Positions 1 to 9,380 of a DNA stretch of 64,000 nt are shown here, piece after piece. The number at the start of each line of letters is the position of its first letter. Position 1 is the first letter of the stretch. The notes under the pieces are model-generated. The model searched no databases. It was not told the origin of the DNA and saw only the letters and a program-made list of their open reading frames with translations. Origin of the DNA: an uncultured Chloroflexia bacterium (GTDB lineage Bacteria; Chloroflexota; Limnocylindria; Limnocylindrales; CSP1-4); contig CAVTHS010000003.1 in assembly GCA_963734535.1 (NCBI GenBank), forward strand, positions 64,001-128,000, read 5' to 3'. Position numbers and translations under genes: made by a program.

Positions 1-639
1 GCACGTGGCGCCGCCGGGATCACGGCGTTCCTGGTCGAGAAGGGGACACCCGGCTTCCGCTCCGGCGCGCACGAGAAGAAGATGGGGATCCGGGCGTGCC
101 CGGCTGCCGAGCTCGTGTTCGACGGTGCCGTGATCCCCGCCGCCAACCGGCTCGGCGGGGAGGGAGAAGGGTACCGGGTGGCGCTGTCGGCGCTGGGCGA
201 CGGCCGGATCGCGATCGCCGCCGCCTGCACGGGCCTTGCGCGCGCGGCACTGGACCGCGCGACGACGTACCTGCACGAGCGGCGAGCCTTCGGGGTGGAG
301 ATCGCGGAGCTCCAGGGCCTGCGCTTCATGGTCGCGGAGATGGCCCAGCGGGTCGCGACCGCGCGCGCGCTGACGCGGGGCGCAGCCGCCGCGCGCGACC
401 GCGGCGCCCCCGGAGCGGAGGTTGCCGCCGCGGCATCGCTCGCCAAGTGGACCGCGTCGGACGCGGCCATGCGCGTCACCACGGACGCGGTTCAGCTCTT
501 CGGCGGGGCCGGCTACTCACGTGAGACCGGGGTGGAGCGGCTCATGCGCGACGCCAAGGGTGCCCAGATCTACGAGGGCACGAACCAGGTCCACCGCGGC
601 ATCGTCGCGGACGCGATCCTCGGGCGGGTGTCCGGGTAG
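1..639 (+). CDS. Acyl-CoA dehydrogenase, 5'-truncated by the window edge
   Basis: Frame open from base 1 (GITAFLVEKGTPGF..EKKMGIRA). Contains GRIAIAA, AVQLFGGAGY and RDAKGAQIYEGTNQVHR motifs. Confidence 0.95.
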   Translation, partial: ARGAAGITAFLVEKGTPGFRSGAHEKKMGIRACPAAELVFDGAVIPAANRLGGEGEGYRVALSALGDGRIAIAAACTGLARAALDRATTYLHERRAFGVEIAELQGLRFMVAEMAQRVATARALTRGAAAARDRGAPGAEVAAAASLAKWTASDAAMRVTTDAVQLFGGAGYSRETGVERLMRDAKGAQIYEGTNQVHRGIVADAILGRVSG

Positions 640-662
640 GCCGCGGGAGTAGGATCGCGGTC

Positions 663-1913
663 ATGATGACGCCGCCGAACGGCCCGAACGGACGCGTCTT
701 CCTCGTCTCCGCCGCCCGGACGCCCATCGGCAAGTTCGGTGGGGGCCTCGCGAACGTCCCGGCGACCGAGCTCGGCGCTGTCGCGATCCGGGCCGCGGTC
801 GAGCGCGCGGGCCTCCCCGTCGACGCGGTCATCGACGAGGTGTACATGGGGCAGGTGCTCCAGGCGGGCGCCGGCCAGGCACCGGCACGCCAGGCGGCGC
901 TCTCGGCCGGGCTCCCAGCGTCGACGCCGGCCACGACGATCAACCGCGTCTGCGGCTCGGGGCTCAAGGCCGTCATGCTGGCCGCGGCCGCGATCAAGGC
1001 GGGCGACGCCGACCTCGTGGTGGCCGGCGGCATGGAGTCGATGAACCGGGCCCCATTCCTGCTGGAGAAGGCGCGCTTCGGCTACCGGCTCGGCGACGGG
1101 GCGCTCAGGGACGCGGCGGTCCTCGACGGCCTGTGGTGCTCGATCGAGGGCTGCCACATGGGGACCCACGCGGAGCGCGTGGCCCTCTCCGACAGCGTGT
1201 CGCGAGAGGACCAGGACGCGTTCGCGCTGGAGAGCCACCGCCGGGCGGTCGCCGCCCAGGACGCCGGCCGCTTCGCCGACGAGCTCGTGCCGGTGACGGT
1301 CCGCGACGAGCGTGGGCGGGAGACGGTCGTGGCGGCCGACGAGTCGCCGCGGCGCGATTCGACCGCGGAGGCGCTTGCTCGGCTCAGGCCGGTCTTCGCC
1401 CAGCCCGATCCCGACCCTCGCGACCCGGACGTGCCGCCCGCCGGGCCAGGCACGGTCACGGCCGGCAACGCGCCCGGGATCACCGACGGCGGCGCGGCGA
1501 CGGTCGTGGCCAGCGAGCGCGCGGTGGAGCGCAACGGTCTGCAACCGCTGGCGCGGATCGTCGGGTACGCCCAGGGCGAGGTCGAGCCGCGCTGGCTCTT
1601 CCTGGCGCCCGTCGCGGGGGTCCGCGCCCTCACGGCGCGGACGGGGCTCGGGGTCGACGCGTTCGACCTGGTGGAGATCAACGAGGCGTTCGCCGCCCAG
1701 GCCCTGGCCGACGGGCGCAAGCTCGGATTCGACTGGGCGAAGGTCAACGTGAACGGCGGGGCGATCGCGCTGGGACACCCGATCGGCGCGTCGGGCGCCC
1801 GGATCGTGGCCACGCTGCTCCACGAGCTGCGCCGGCGGCAGGCGAGATACGGCCTCGCGACGCTCTGCCTGGGCGGCGGGGGATCGGTGGCCATGGCATT
1901 CGAACGTGCCTGA
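663..1913 (+). CDS. Acetyl-CoA C-acyltransferase (thiolase)
   Basis: ARTPIGKFGG, INRVCGSG (catalytic Cys), NEAFAAQ, GGAIALGHPIGASG and CLGGG motifs. Confidence 0.95.
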   Translation: MMTPPNGPNGRVFLVSAARTPIGKFGGGLANVPATELGAVAIRAAVERAGLPVDAVIDEVYMGQVLQAGAGQAPARQAALSAGLPASTPATTINRVCGSGLKAVMLAAAAIKAGDADLVVAGGMESMNRAPFLLEKARFGYRLGDGALRDAAVLDGLWCSIEGCHMGTHAERVALSDSVSREDQDAFALESHRRAVAAQDAGRFADELVPVTVRDERGRETVVAADESPRRDSTAEALARLRPVFAQPDPDPRDPDVPPAGPGTVTAGNAPGITDGGAATVVASERAVERNGLQPLARIVGYAQGEVEPRWLFLAPVAGVRALTARTGLGVDAFDLVEINEAFAAQALADGRKLGFDWAKVNVNGGAIALGHPIGASGARIVATLLHELRRRQARYGLATLCLGGGGSVAMAFERA

Positions 1914-3549
1914 GGAGATGGGTCCGAGGGCCCGACCCGGATGGAGCCAGGACGCGGGCGACAGTCGCCGGCTCGACGACGCGAGCGATCGCCCGTTCTG
2001 GAGGCGTGACGACGCGCCGGTCGCCGACGACCGGCGCCGGCTCGGCGATCGCGATCGTCACCAGGTCGCCGGTCGGCACTTCATCGCCGGCGAGTGGATC
2101 GACGCGAGCTCCGGCCGCACCTTCGAGAGCCGCAACCCCGCGAACCGCGGCGACCTGGTGGGCCAGTTCCAGGCCGGGACGCCGGCTGACGTGGCGATGG
2201 CGATCCGCGCCGCGGAGACTGCGCTCCCGGCATGGCGTGCCACGCCCGCCCCGCGGCGCGGCGAGATCCTGTTCCGCTACGCGAGCCTGCTCCGGCGGGA
2301 CAAGGAGCGCCTGGCGCGGGCGCTGACCCGCGAGATGGGCAAGGTCCTCCCCGAGGCGCGCGGCGACGTCCAGGAGGCAATCGACATCGCCGAGCTCATG
2401 GCCGGCGAGGGGCGCCGGATGTTCGGCGACACGGTGCCCTCCGAGCTTCCCGACAAGTGGGCCATGAGCATCCGCCAGCCGATCGGGGTCGCCGGGATCA
2501 TCACGCCGTGGAACTTCCCGATGGCGATCCCGGCCTGGAAGACCATGCCCGCCCTGGTTGCCGGGAACACGGTCGTCTTCAAGCCCGCGTCCGACACGCC
2601 GAGCTGCGCGACGCTCATGGTCGAGCTGATGGCGGAGGCCGGGGTCCCGGCCGGCGTCGTGAACCTCGTGACCGGCGGTGGCGCGGAGGTCGGTGATGCG
2701 ATCGTCGAGTCGCCCGACGTGCCCGTGATCTCGTTCACGGGATCGTCGGTCACGGGCAGGCGGATCGCCGAGCGCGCCGGCCGGCGCCTGAAGCGCGTCG
2801 CGCTCGAGCTCGGCGGGAAGAACGCCATCGTCGTCCTCGCCGATGCCGACCTCGACCTCGCGGTCGACGGGATCATCTGGTCCGCGTTCGGGACCACCGG
2901 GCAGCGCTGCACCGCGTGCAGCCGGGTCGTCGTCGAGCGATCCGTCTCGTCGCGACTCCTCGAGAAGCTGGAGGCCCGGACGCGCGCCCTCCGCCTCGGG
3001 GACGGCACGGATCCGGCGACCGACGTCGGGCCGCTCATCAACGAGGCGGCCCGCACGAAGGTCGAGGGATACGTGGAGGTCGGGCGCCGGGAGGGAGAGC
3101 TCGTCTGCGGCGGGCGAGCCGCGAGGGGTCCCGGGCTCGACGCCGGCGTGTTCTACGAGCCCACGATCTTCGCGGGCGTGCAGCCGATGGCCCGGATCGC
3201 CCAGGAGGAGATCTTCGGACCGGTGCTGTCGGTCATCCAGGTCGAGGACTACGGGGCGGCGATGACCGCCGTGAACCAGGTGCGTTACGGGCTCTCCTCG
3301 TCGATCTACACGACCGACGTCAACACGGCCTTCCGCGCCATGCGGGATCTCGAGACCGGCCTCGTCTACGTCAACGCGGGCACGATCGGCGCCGAGACGC
3401 ATCTCCCGTTCGGCGGCTGGAAGGAGACCGGGAACGGGCACCGCGAAGCCGGCCACGCCGCGCTCGACACGTTCACCGAGTGGAAGTCGATCTACGTGGA
3501 CTTCTCCGGCCGGCTTCAGCGGGCACAGATCGACAACCAGCCGGGCTGA
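1906..3549 (+). CDS. NAD(P)-dependent aldehyde dehydrogenase (start may be ATG 1918)
   Basis: ITPWNFP, FTGSSVTG, LELGGKN, GQRCT, EEIFGP and PFGGWKETG motifs. Confidence 0.93.
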   Translation: MPEEMGPRARPGWSQDAGDSRRLDDASDRPFWRRDDAPVADDRRRLGDRDRHQVAGRHFIAGEWIDASSGRTFESRNPANRGDLVGQFQAGTPADVAMAIRAAETALPAWRATPAPRRGEILFRYASLLRRDKERLARALTREMGKVLPEARGDVQEAIDIAELMAGEGRRMFGDTVPSELPDKWAMSIRQPIGVAGIITPWNFPMAIPAWKTMPALVAGNTVVFKPASDTPSCATLMVELMAEAGVPAGVVNLVTGGGAEVGDAIVESPDVPVISFTGSSVTGRRIAERAGRRLKRVALELGGKNAIVVLADADLDLAVDGIIWSAFGTTGQRCTACSRVVVERSVSSRLLEKLEARTRALRLGDGTDPATDVGPLINEAARTKVEGYVEVGRREGELVCGGRAARGPGLDAGVFYEPTIFAGVQPMARIAQEEIFGPVLSVIQVEDYGAAMTAVNQVRYGLSSSIYTTDVNTAFRAMRDLETGLVYVNAGTIGAETHLPFGGWKETGNGHREAGHAALDTFTEWKSIYVDFSGRLQRAQIDNQPG

Positions 3550-3634
3550 CCTGGCGGCGCCCGTCATGGCGCGTCACCCGGCCCGCCGGGCGGGCACCTG
3601 GCGAGCTGGCTGGGCGACGGCGGGCCGCCATCTT

Positions 3635-3643
3635 TGCTAGACT
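3635..3643 (+). promoter_or_regulatory. Extended -10 element (TGcTAGACT) for the tRNA
   Basis: TGn followed by TAGACT, about 10 nt upstream of the tRNA 5' end. Confidence 0.5.
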
Positions 3644-3653
3644 CCGCCGTCGC

Positions 3654-3728
3654 GGGCCCGTAGCTCAACGGTAGAGCGGGGGACTCTTAATCCCTAGGTT
3701 CAGAGTTCGAATCTCTGCGGGCTCACCA
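3654..3728 (+). tRNA. tRNA-Lys, anticodon CTT
   Basis: Cloverleaf: GGGCCCG/CGGGCTC acceptor stem, GCTC/GAGC D stem, anticodon loop CT-CTT-AA, CAGAG-TTCGAAT-CTCTG T arm, encoded CCA. Confidence 0.97.
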
Positions 3729-3743
3729 GATCACGCGCTCGAG

Positions 3744-3774
3744 GCGCCCCTCCCGGTTCGCCGGTGAGGGGCGC
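3744..3774 (+). terminator. GC-rich hairpin after the tRNA (terminator or processing signal)
   Basis: GCGCCCCTC-CCGG-TTCG-CCGG-T-GAGGGGCGC; no U-tract. Confidence 0.5.
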
Positions 3775-3795
3775 GTCCGTCCCCGGAGGTGCCAC

Positions 3796-4254
3796 CTGGA
3801 CGCTCAGCCGATCGAGGTCTCGTGGATCGAGCTGGACCGGCTCGTGGCACGGCTGGCCGAGGCGATCGGGCGCCAGTACGACCTCGTGCTGGCGATCACG
3901 CGCGGCGGGCTCGTGCCGGCGGGCATGCTGGGCTACCGGCTGGACCTTCGCGAGATCCTGGTGGCCGGCGTCGAGTTCTACCGCCACGGCGGTGGGACGC
4001 ATCCCGCGCCTGTTGTCACGCACTTCCCGACAGCAGAGCTGCTCCGCGGTCGGCGCGTCCTCGTGATCGACGAGGTCTGGGAGACGGGGGAGACGATGGC
4101 GGAGGTGGAGCGCCGGGTCCGTGAGGCCGGCGGGATCGTCACCACCGCCGTGGTCCACTACAAGCCGGGCCGGTCGCGCGTCCCGCTGACGCCGGACTAT
4201 TACGCGGCGCTCGCGGATGGCTGGGTGACCTACCCGTACAAGGCCGGCGGGTAG
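3796..4254 (+). CDS. Type I phosphoribosyltransferase (Gpt/purine PRT-like); probable CTG start
   Basis: LAITRGGLVPA, PRPP-binding loop VLVIDEVWETGET, and C-terminal PDYY..WVTYPY. GGAGGT at 3785-3790 lies 5 nt before an in-frame CTG; the first GTG is at 3844. Confidence 0.88.
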   Translation: MDAQPIEVSWIELDRLVARLAEAIGRQYDLVLAITRGGLVPAGMLGYRLDLREILVAGVEFYRHGGGTHPAPVVTHFPTAELLRGRRVLVIDEVWETGETMAEVERRVREAGGIVTTAVVHYKPGRSRVPLTPDYYAALADGWVTYPYKAGG

Positions 4255-4333
4255 GGCGCGAACGCCGTCGGGCGTGGCGCATGTGGCTGGGACACCCGCC
4301 TTGCCCGGGCCGATCCCGTGCTACCCTTCGGCC

Positions 4334-4391
4334 GTCCTTGCAGCCGGTCCCGTGAGGCCGGCGTACCGGTCCTGAGAGGCCGGAAGGGAGG
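4334..4391 (+). promoter_or_regulatory. PyrR-binding RNA leader with two tandem stem-loops
   Basis: GGTC-CCGTGA-GGCC (within 4343-4362) and GGTC-CTGAGA-GGCC (within 4366-4383) match the PyrR RUC-CNGNGA-GGY hexaloop. They are enclosed by CCTT/AAGG and lie directly upstream of carAB. Confidence 0.8.
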
Positions 4392-4395
4392 CATC

Positions 4396-4464
4396 GTGCG
4401 CACGTCGAGCCACGTCCGCCGCGCCCAACGGGCCGGTGGCGTTTTCATGTCCGGGGACCGATGA
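4396..4464 (+). CDS. Putative 22-aa leader peptide MRTSSHVRRAQRAGGVFMSGDR coupled to carA
   Basis: GGGAGG at 4386-4391, GTG at 4396; its TGA overlaps the carA ATG (ATGA at 4461-4464). Confidence 0.55.
   Translation: MRTSSHVRRAQRAGGVFMSGDR
4416..4445 (+). terminator. Possible attenuator hairpin inside the leader ORF
   Basis: CCGCCG-c-GCCC-AAC-GGGC-CGGTGG followed by CGTTTT. Confidence 0.45.
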
Positions 4465-5654
4465 CGGTCCGACCCGCCGGTGCGCCGCGGCTCGTCCCGC
4501 CGTCGCCGGATCCCGACCTGATCGTCGATCCCCGGATCGGGGCGCGTGGGTCCGCGCTGCTCGCGCTCGAGGATGGCACGGTCTTCGCCGGGATTGCCTT
4601 CGGCGCCGATGTCGCGGCCGGCGGCGACCTCGTCGTGAACACGAGCCAGACCGGGTACCAGGAGGTTTGCACCGACCCGTCGTACGCGGGCCAGGTGGTC
4701 GTGATGACCTACCCGCTGATCGGCAACTACGGGCGCCTCCGCGGCGATGACCAGTCCGAGCGGCCGTGGCTCCGGGGGCTCGTCGTGGCAACGGCAACCG
4801 CCGCCGTCCTCGACGATGCCCGCCAGCTGGCCGCGCTCCTGCGGGACGCAGGAATTCCCGCGATCGCGGGCGTCGATACGCGCTCGCTTGCCCGCCACCT
4901 CCGTGCCCGCGGCTGCCTGCGCGGGATCCTGACCGCCCCCGGGGATACGGATCCCGTCGCCGCGGTCGCGGCGGCCCGCGGCCTGCCGCGCTGGGAGGAC
5001 CAGGACTTCGTCGGGCAGGTCTCGCCCACGGACGTCGTGGAGGTCGGCGACGCGGCAGCGGAGCCGGATGCCCCGCTCGTCGCGATCGTCGACTTCGGCC
5101 TCAAGGCGAACATCGTCAGGAGCCTCCGCCGGCGCGGCGCGCGCGTCCGGATCGTGCCCTCGACCGCGACGGCCGCCACCCTGCTGGCGCCCGAGATCGA
5201 TGGCATCGTGCTCTCGCCCGGACCTGGCGATCCCGCCCGGCTCGCCGGACCGGTCGACGTCGCTCGCAGCCTGATCGCGGACGGCCGCCCATTGCTGGGG
5301 ATCTGCCTGGGCCACCAGATCGTGGCTCGTGCGGCTGGGGCGGACACGGGGCGCCTCCGCTTCGGGCACCACGGCGCAAACCACCCGGTCCGGGACGTGG
5401 AGCTGGGGCTTGTCCAGGTGACGGCCCAGAACCACGAGGTCACCGTGGACGCGGCCTCGCTCCCGGCGGCGGGCGGGTTCGTCGTGAGCCAGGTGAACCT
5501 CAACGACGGCTCCGTGGAAGGGCTGCGCCACCGTTCGCTCCCGATCGAGACGGTGCAGTACCACCCCGAAGGCGCGCCCGGGCCCCTCGACGCCCTGGCG
5601 GTCTTCGACCGGTTCGTCGCCGCGGCTCGGGTGCGATCGGGGCGGCCCGGGTGA
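4461..5654 (+). CDS. carA: Carbamoyl-phosphate synthase small subunit
   Basis: TGYQEVCTDPSY, YPLIGNYG, SPGPGDP, GICLGHQ, GHHGANHPV and QYHPE motifs. Confidence 0.97.
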   Translation: MTVRPAGAPRLVPPSPDPDLIVDPRIGARGSALLALEDGTVFAGIAFGADVAAGGDLVVNTSQTGYQEVCTDPSYAGQVVVMTYPLIGNYGRLRGDDQSERPWLRGLVVATATAAVLDDARQLAALLRDAGIPAIAGVDTRSLARHLRARGCLRGILTAPGDTDPVAAVAAARGLPRWEDQDFVGQVSPTDVVEVGDAAAEPDAPLVAIVDFGLKANIVRSLRRRGARVRIVPSTATAATLLAPEIDGIVLSPGPGDPARLAGPVDVARSLIADGRPLLGICLGHQIVARAAGADTGRLRFGHHGANHPVRDVELGLVQVTAQNHEVTVDAASLPAAGGFVVSQVNLNDGSVEGLRHRSLPIETVQYHPEGAPGPLDALAVFDRFVAAARVRSGRPG

Positions 5655-8600
5655 GCTCGCCGCCGATCCCGCGCTCCACCGCGCCGAAGCTGCCCGCGGA
5701 GGCGGCGACGGCGACCCCGGCCGTGGTCGCGCCGGCCACGCCAGCCGTCGCGACGCCGGCCACGCCAGCCGTCGCGGCGATGCGTCCGCCGAAGCCGCGC
5801 TCGGTCCTGATCATCGGCTCGGGACCGGTCGTGATCGGACAGGCCGCCGAGTTCGACTACGCGGGTACCCAGGCCTGCCGCGCCCTTCGGGCGGAGGGTA
5901 TTCGGACGATCCTCGTGAACTCCAATCCGGCCACGATCATGACCGACCCCACGGTCGCCGACGCCGTCTACCTCGAGCCGCTCACGGTCGCGGCGATCGA
6001 GGCGGTGATCGCGCGCGAGAAGCCGGATGGCCTCCTGGCCGGGCTCGGCGGCCAGACCGCGCTGAACCTTGCGATGGCGCTCGCGCAGGCCGGGGTCCTG
6101 GAACGCCATGGGGTTCGGCTCCTGGGCACGCCGCTCCGGGCGATCGAGATGGCCGAGGACCGCCTCCAGTTCCGCGACCTGCTCGACCGGCTGGGCCAGC
6201 CCTACGCGCCCTCGGCGATCGTCGAGGGCGCAACGGAGGCCGAACGCGCCGCCTCGATCGAGCGAGCGCTGACCCAGATCGGGCTCCCGGCGATCATCCG
6301 GCCGGCCTTCACGCTCGGCGGGACCGGTGGCGGGATCGTCGAGACGGAGGCCGACTATCGCGCGGGCGTGCGAACCGGCCTTCGTGCCAGCCCCATCCAC
6401 CAGGTCATGGTCGAGCAGTGCCTGGTCGGCTGGCAGGAGATCGAGTACGAGGTGATGCGCGACCACGAGGACACGTGCATCGCGGTGTGCTCGATGGAGA
6501 ACGTCGATCCGCTCGGCGTCCATACCGGCGATTCGATCGTCGTGGCGCCGGTCCAGACGCTGCCGGACCCCGTCCACCAGCGCCTCCGAAGCGCGGCGCT
6601 CGTGATCATCCGCGGCCTCGGCGTCGAGGGCGGGTGCAACGTCCAGTTCGCGCTGAGCCCGGACTCCCGTGACTACGCGGTGATCGAGGTGAACCCGCGG
6701 GTCAGCCGAAGCTCCGCGCTCGCGAGCAAGGCCACCGGCTATCCCATCGCCCGCGTCGCCGCCCAGATCGCGATCGGCCGGACCCTCGCGGAGATCCCGA
6801 ACGTCGTGACCGGGACCACGGTGGCGGCCTTCGAGCCGGCGCTGGACTACCTCGTCGTGAAGCTGCCGCGCTTCCCGTTCGACAAGTTCCCGCGCGCGGA
6901 CCGGACCCTGGGCAGCCAGATGAAGGCGACCGGCGAGGTCATGGCGATCGACCGGACGTTCGGCGCGGCGTTGAACAAGGCGCTTCGCGGCCTGGAGCAG
7001 GCGGGCGCCGGCCCGCTGGCCGAGGACCCGGCCTGGGCGCCGACGATGGCGTACCTGGCCGCGGCGCTCGCCGGCGAGGACCTCGACGCGGCGGACACGG
7101 TAATCCGCTGGATCGACGAGAACGGCAACGCCTGCGAGTCGAGCCGGCTCGCCCAGCGCACCGCCGCCCCGATCGTCCTGCGCCGGTTCCTCGCGCCGTC
7201 CGACAACCGGCTCTGGCGCATCCTGGGCCTGCTTCGTCGCGGCGTGCCCGAGGCGGCCCTCGTCACGGCAACCGGGATCAACCCGTGGTTCGTCTCGGAG
7301 CTCGGCCGCTCGATCGCCCTGGAAGGGCGCCTGCGCGCCGCCGGGCCGGCGCTGCTGGCTGCCGGCCCGGCCGCGGACGGCCTGCCGGCCGACGCGGCCA
7401 TGGCGACGCTCCTCGCGACGGCGAAGCGGGCATCGCTCGGCGACCGCGAGATCGCGGCGCTCGCCGGCGTCGGGGAGCCGGATGTCGCCGCCGTCCGGCG
7501 CGCGTTGGGCCTCGTCCCGGGCTTCGCGATGGTCGACACGTGCGCCGCCGAGTTCGCCGCGGAGACGCCGTACTTCTACGCCACCTACGCCGCGGCCGGC
7601 TCTCCGGCGGAGGCGCCACCGGTCGAGCGGCCAGCGGCGCTCGTGATCGGCAGCGGGCCGGTCCGGATCGGGCAGGGGATCGAGTTCGACTACTGCGCCG
7701 TCCGTGCCGCCGAGAGCCTCCGGTCACTCGGCTGGCGGGCGGTCATGGTGAACTCGAACCCGGAGACGGTCTCGACCGACTTCGATGCCTCGAGCCGGCT
7801 CTACTTCGAGCCCCTGGACGTCGAGTCCGTCAGCGAGGTGATCGCCGCGGAGACGCCGCCCGGCGCGGTGCCGCTGCCCGCGTTCGTCCAGTTCGGCGGT
7901 CAGACGCCCCTCAACCTGGCAGGGGCGCTCGCCGCGGCCCGCGTCCCGCTGCTCGGCGCGTCGCTCGAGACGATCGACCAGGCCGAGGATCGCGTCCGCT
8001 TCAGCGCGCTCGTGGAACGGCTCGGGATCCCGCAGCCGGAGGGCGGGATGGCCCGCTCCATCGAAGAGGCCGAGGCGCTTGCCGACCGCGTGGGTTACCC
8101 GGTGATCGTCCGCCCGTTGTTCGTGATCGGCGGGCTGGCGATCGACTTCGCCTATTCGCGCGACGACCTGATCACGCAGCTGGCGGCGGCCACGGTCGTC
8201 GACCCGGACCGGCCGGTGCGGATCGACCGCTACCTCGAGGGCGTGGAGGTCGATGTGGATGCCGTCGCGGACGGCCAGACGGTCCTGATTCCCGGTCTCC
8301 TCGAGCAGGTCGAGCGCGCCGGCGTCCACTCGGGCGATTCGGTGGGGGTCTTCCCGCCGCAGGCCGTGAGCGAGGCGGACCAGGCTCTGATCGTGGCGTC
8401 GATGGAGCGGATCGTGCGGGCGCTCGGCGTGCGCGGGCTGGTCAATGCCCAGTTCATCGTCCGCGAGGATGGCGTCTACCTGATCGAGGTGAACCCGCGC
8501 GCCAGCCGGACGGTGCCCTTCATGAGCAAGGTGACGGGCGTCCCGCTCGTGGACCTCGCCGTCCGCATCGCGCTCGGCCAGACGCTCCGCGAGCACGGCT

Positions 8601-9301
8601 GGCCGAACGGGCTGCTCCCACCGCCGGGGTTCGTCGCCGTCAAGGCGCCCGCCTTCTCGACGACGAAGCTGCGCGGGGTCGACCCATCGCTCGGCCCGTT
8701 CATGCAGTCGACCGGCGAGGTGATCGGGATCCATGCCGACGCCCGCGTCGCGACGGCCAAGGCGCTCCTGGCCGCGTCGCTGGTTCCGCCGACGCCAGGC
8801 GAGGAAGGCGCCCTTGCGCTCCTCTCGGTCGCGGACCGCGACAAGCCCCTGGTGCCGGCCCTCGCCGCAGCGCTCGCGCGCGCGGGCTACCGGTTCGCGG
8901 CGACCGCGGGAACGCGTGCCGCGCTGCGCGGCCTGGGGTGGGAAGCGGAAGCCGTCGCGAAAGTCGGCGGGGCGGCCGGTCCGGGCGAGATCGCGATCCT
9001 GGACCTCATCGCCTCGGGCCGCGTCCGGCTCGTCGTCAACACGCCGACCCCGCGCTCGGGGCCGGTGCGCGACGCGGCCGAGATCCGCCTGGCTGCGATC
9101 GCCGAGGGCGTCCTGTGCCTGACGGCGATGGAGACCGCCGTCGCGGCCGCGCAGGCGCTCGACCCGGACCTCGCGGAGCGCCTCTCCGATGTCCAGCCGC
9201 TGGATGCCTGGGTGCCCGCGCCAGGCGTCGCACCTGGCCGGGCGCAGGATATTGCGAGCGGTGCGGCATCCGTCGGAGCCGCGGCGAACCGTCCGGTATG
9301 A
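5651..9301 (+). CDS. carB: Carbamoyl-phosphate synthase large subunit (start GTG 5651 overlapping the carA stop, or ATG 5780)
   Basis: IGSGPVVIGQAAEFDYAG, VNSNPATIMTD, GVHTGDS, EVNPRVSRSS; second ATP-grasp half (GSGPVRIGQGIEFDY, GVHSGDS); C-terminal MGS-like domain. Confidence 0.97.
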   Translation: MSSPPIPRSTAPKLPAEAATATPAVVAPATPAVATPATPAVAAMRPPKPRSVLIIGSGPVVIGQAAEFDYAGTQACRALRAEGIRTILVNSNPATIMTDPTVADAVYLEPLTVAAIEAVIAREKPDGLLAGLGGQTALNLAMALAQAGVLERHGVRLLGTPLRAIEMAEDRLQFRDLLDRLGQPYAPSAIVEGATEAERAASIERALTQIGLPAIIRPAFTLGGTGGGIVETEADYRAGVRTGLRASPIHQVMVEQCLVGWQEIEYEVMRDHEDTCIAVCSMENVDPLGVHTGDSIVVAPVQTLPDPVHQRLRSAALVIIRGLGVEGGCNVQFALSPDSRDYAVIEVNPRVSRSSALASKATGYPIARVAAQIAIGRTLAEIPNVVTGTTVAAFEPALDYLVVKLPRFPFDKFPRADRTLGSQMKATGEVMAIDRTFGAALNKALRGLEQAGAGPLAEDPAWAPTMAYLAAALAGEDLDAADTVIRWIDENGNACESSRLAQRTAAPIVLRRFLAPSDNRLWRILGLLRRGVPEAALVTATGINPWFVSELGRSIALEGRLRAAGPALLAAGPAADGLPADAAMATLLATAKRASLGDREIAALAGVGEPDVAAVRRALGLVPGFAMVDTCAAEFAAETPYFYATYAAAGSPAEAPPVERPAALVIGSGPVRIGQGIEFDYCAVRAAESLRSLGWRAVMVNSNPETVSTDFDASSRLYFEPLDVESVSEVIAAETPPGAVPLPAFVQFGGQTPLNLAGALAAARVPLLGASLETIDQAEDRVRFSALVERLGIPQPEGGMARSIEEAEALADRVGYPVIVRPLFVIGGLAIDFAYSRDDLITQLAAATVVDPDRPVRIDRYLEGVEVDVDAVADGQTVLIPGLLEQVERAGVHSGDSVGVFPPQAVSEADQALIVASMERIVRALGVRGLVNAQFIVREDGVYLIEVNPRASRTVPFMSKVTGVPLVDLAVRIALGQTLREHGWPNGLLPPPGFVAVKAPAFSTTKLRGVDPSLGPFMQSTGEVIGIHADARVATAKALLAASLVPPTPGEEGALALLSVADRDKPLVPALAAALARAGYRFAATAGTRAALRGLGWEAEAVAKVGGAAGPGEIAILDLIASGRVRLVVNTPTPRSGPVRDAAEIRLAAIAEGVLCLTAMETAVAAAQALDPDLAERLSDVQPLDAWVPAPGVAPGRAQDIASGAASVGAAANRPV
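5731..5776 (+). repeat. 24-bp-period tandem repeat encoding PATPAVA in the CarB N-terminal extension
   Basis: GCCGGCCACGCCAGCCGTCGCG at 5731 and 5755. Confidence 0.85.
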
Positions 9302-9380
9302 GCTTCACCCTGGCCCCTGCTCCCGCGCTGATCGCGATGAGCGGCCGCGTTTGACGGCCGGAGGCCGGCCGCGGGTTCCG

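Noticed and set aside
3654-3780. tRNA-Lys as an integration site for an island
   Set aside because: No integrase follows it, and I saw no duplicate of the tRNA 3' end in the window.
3796-4254. Phosphoribosyltransferase next to PyrR sites as PyrR itself
   Set aside because: It lacks PyrR hallmarks (DITLYRDD, DRGHRELPI) and has Gpt-like RGGLVP and W..YP motifs.
4766-5650. 1511-aa ORF suggesting a giant CarB or a CarA-CarB fusion
   Set aside because: The extra 5' part is an off-frame overlap with carA. CarB homology starts after 5651 and carA has its own stop.
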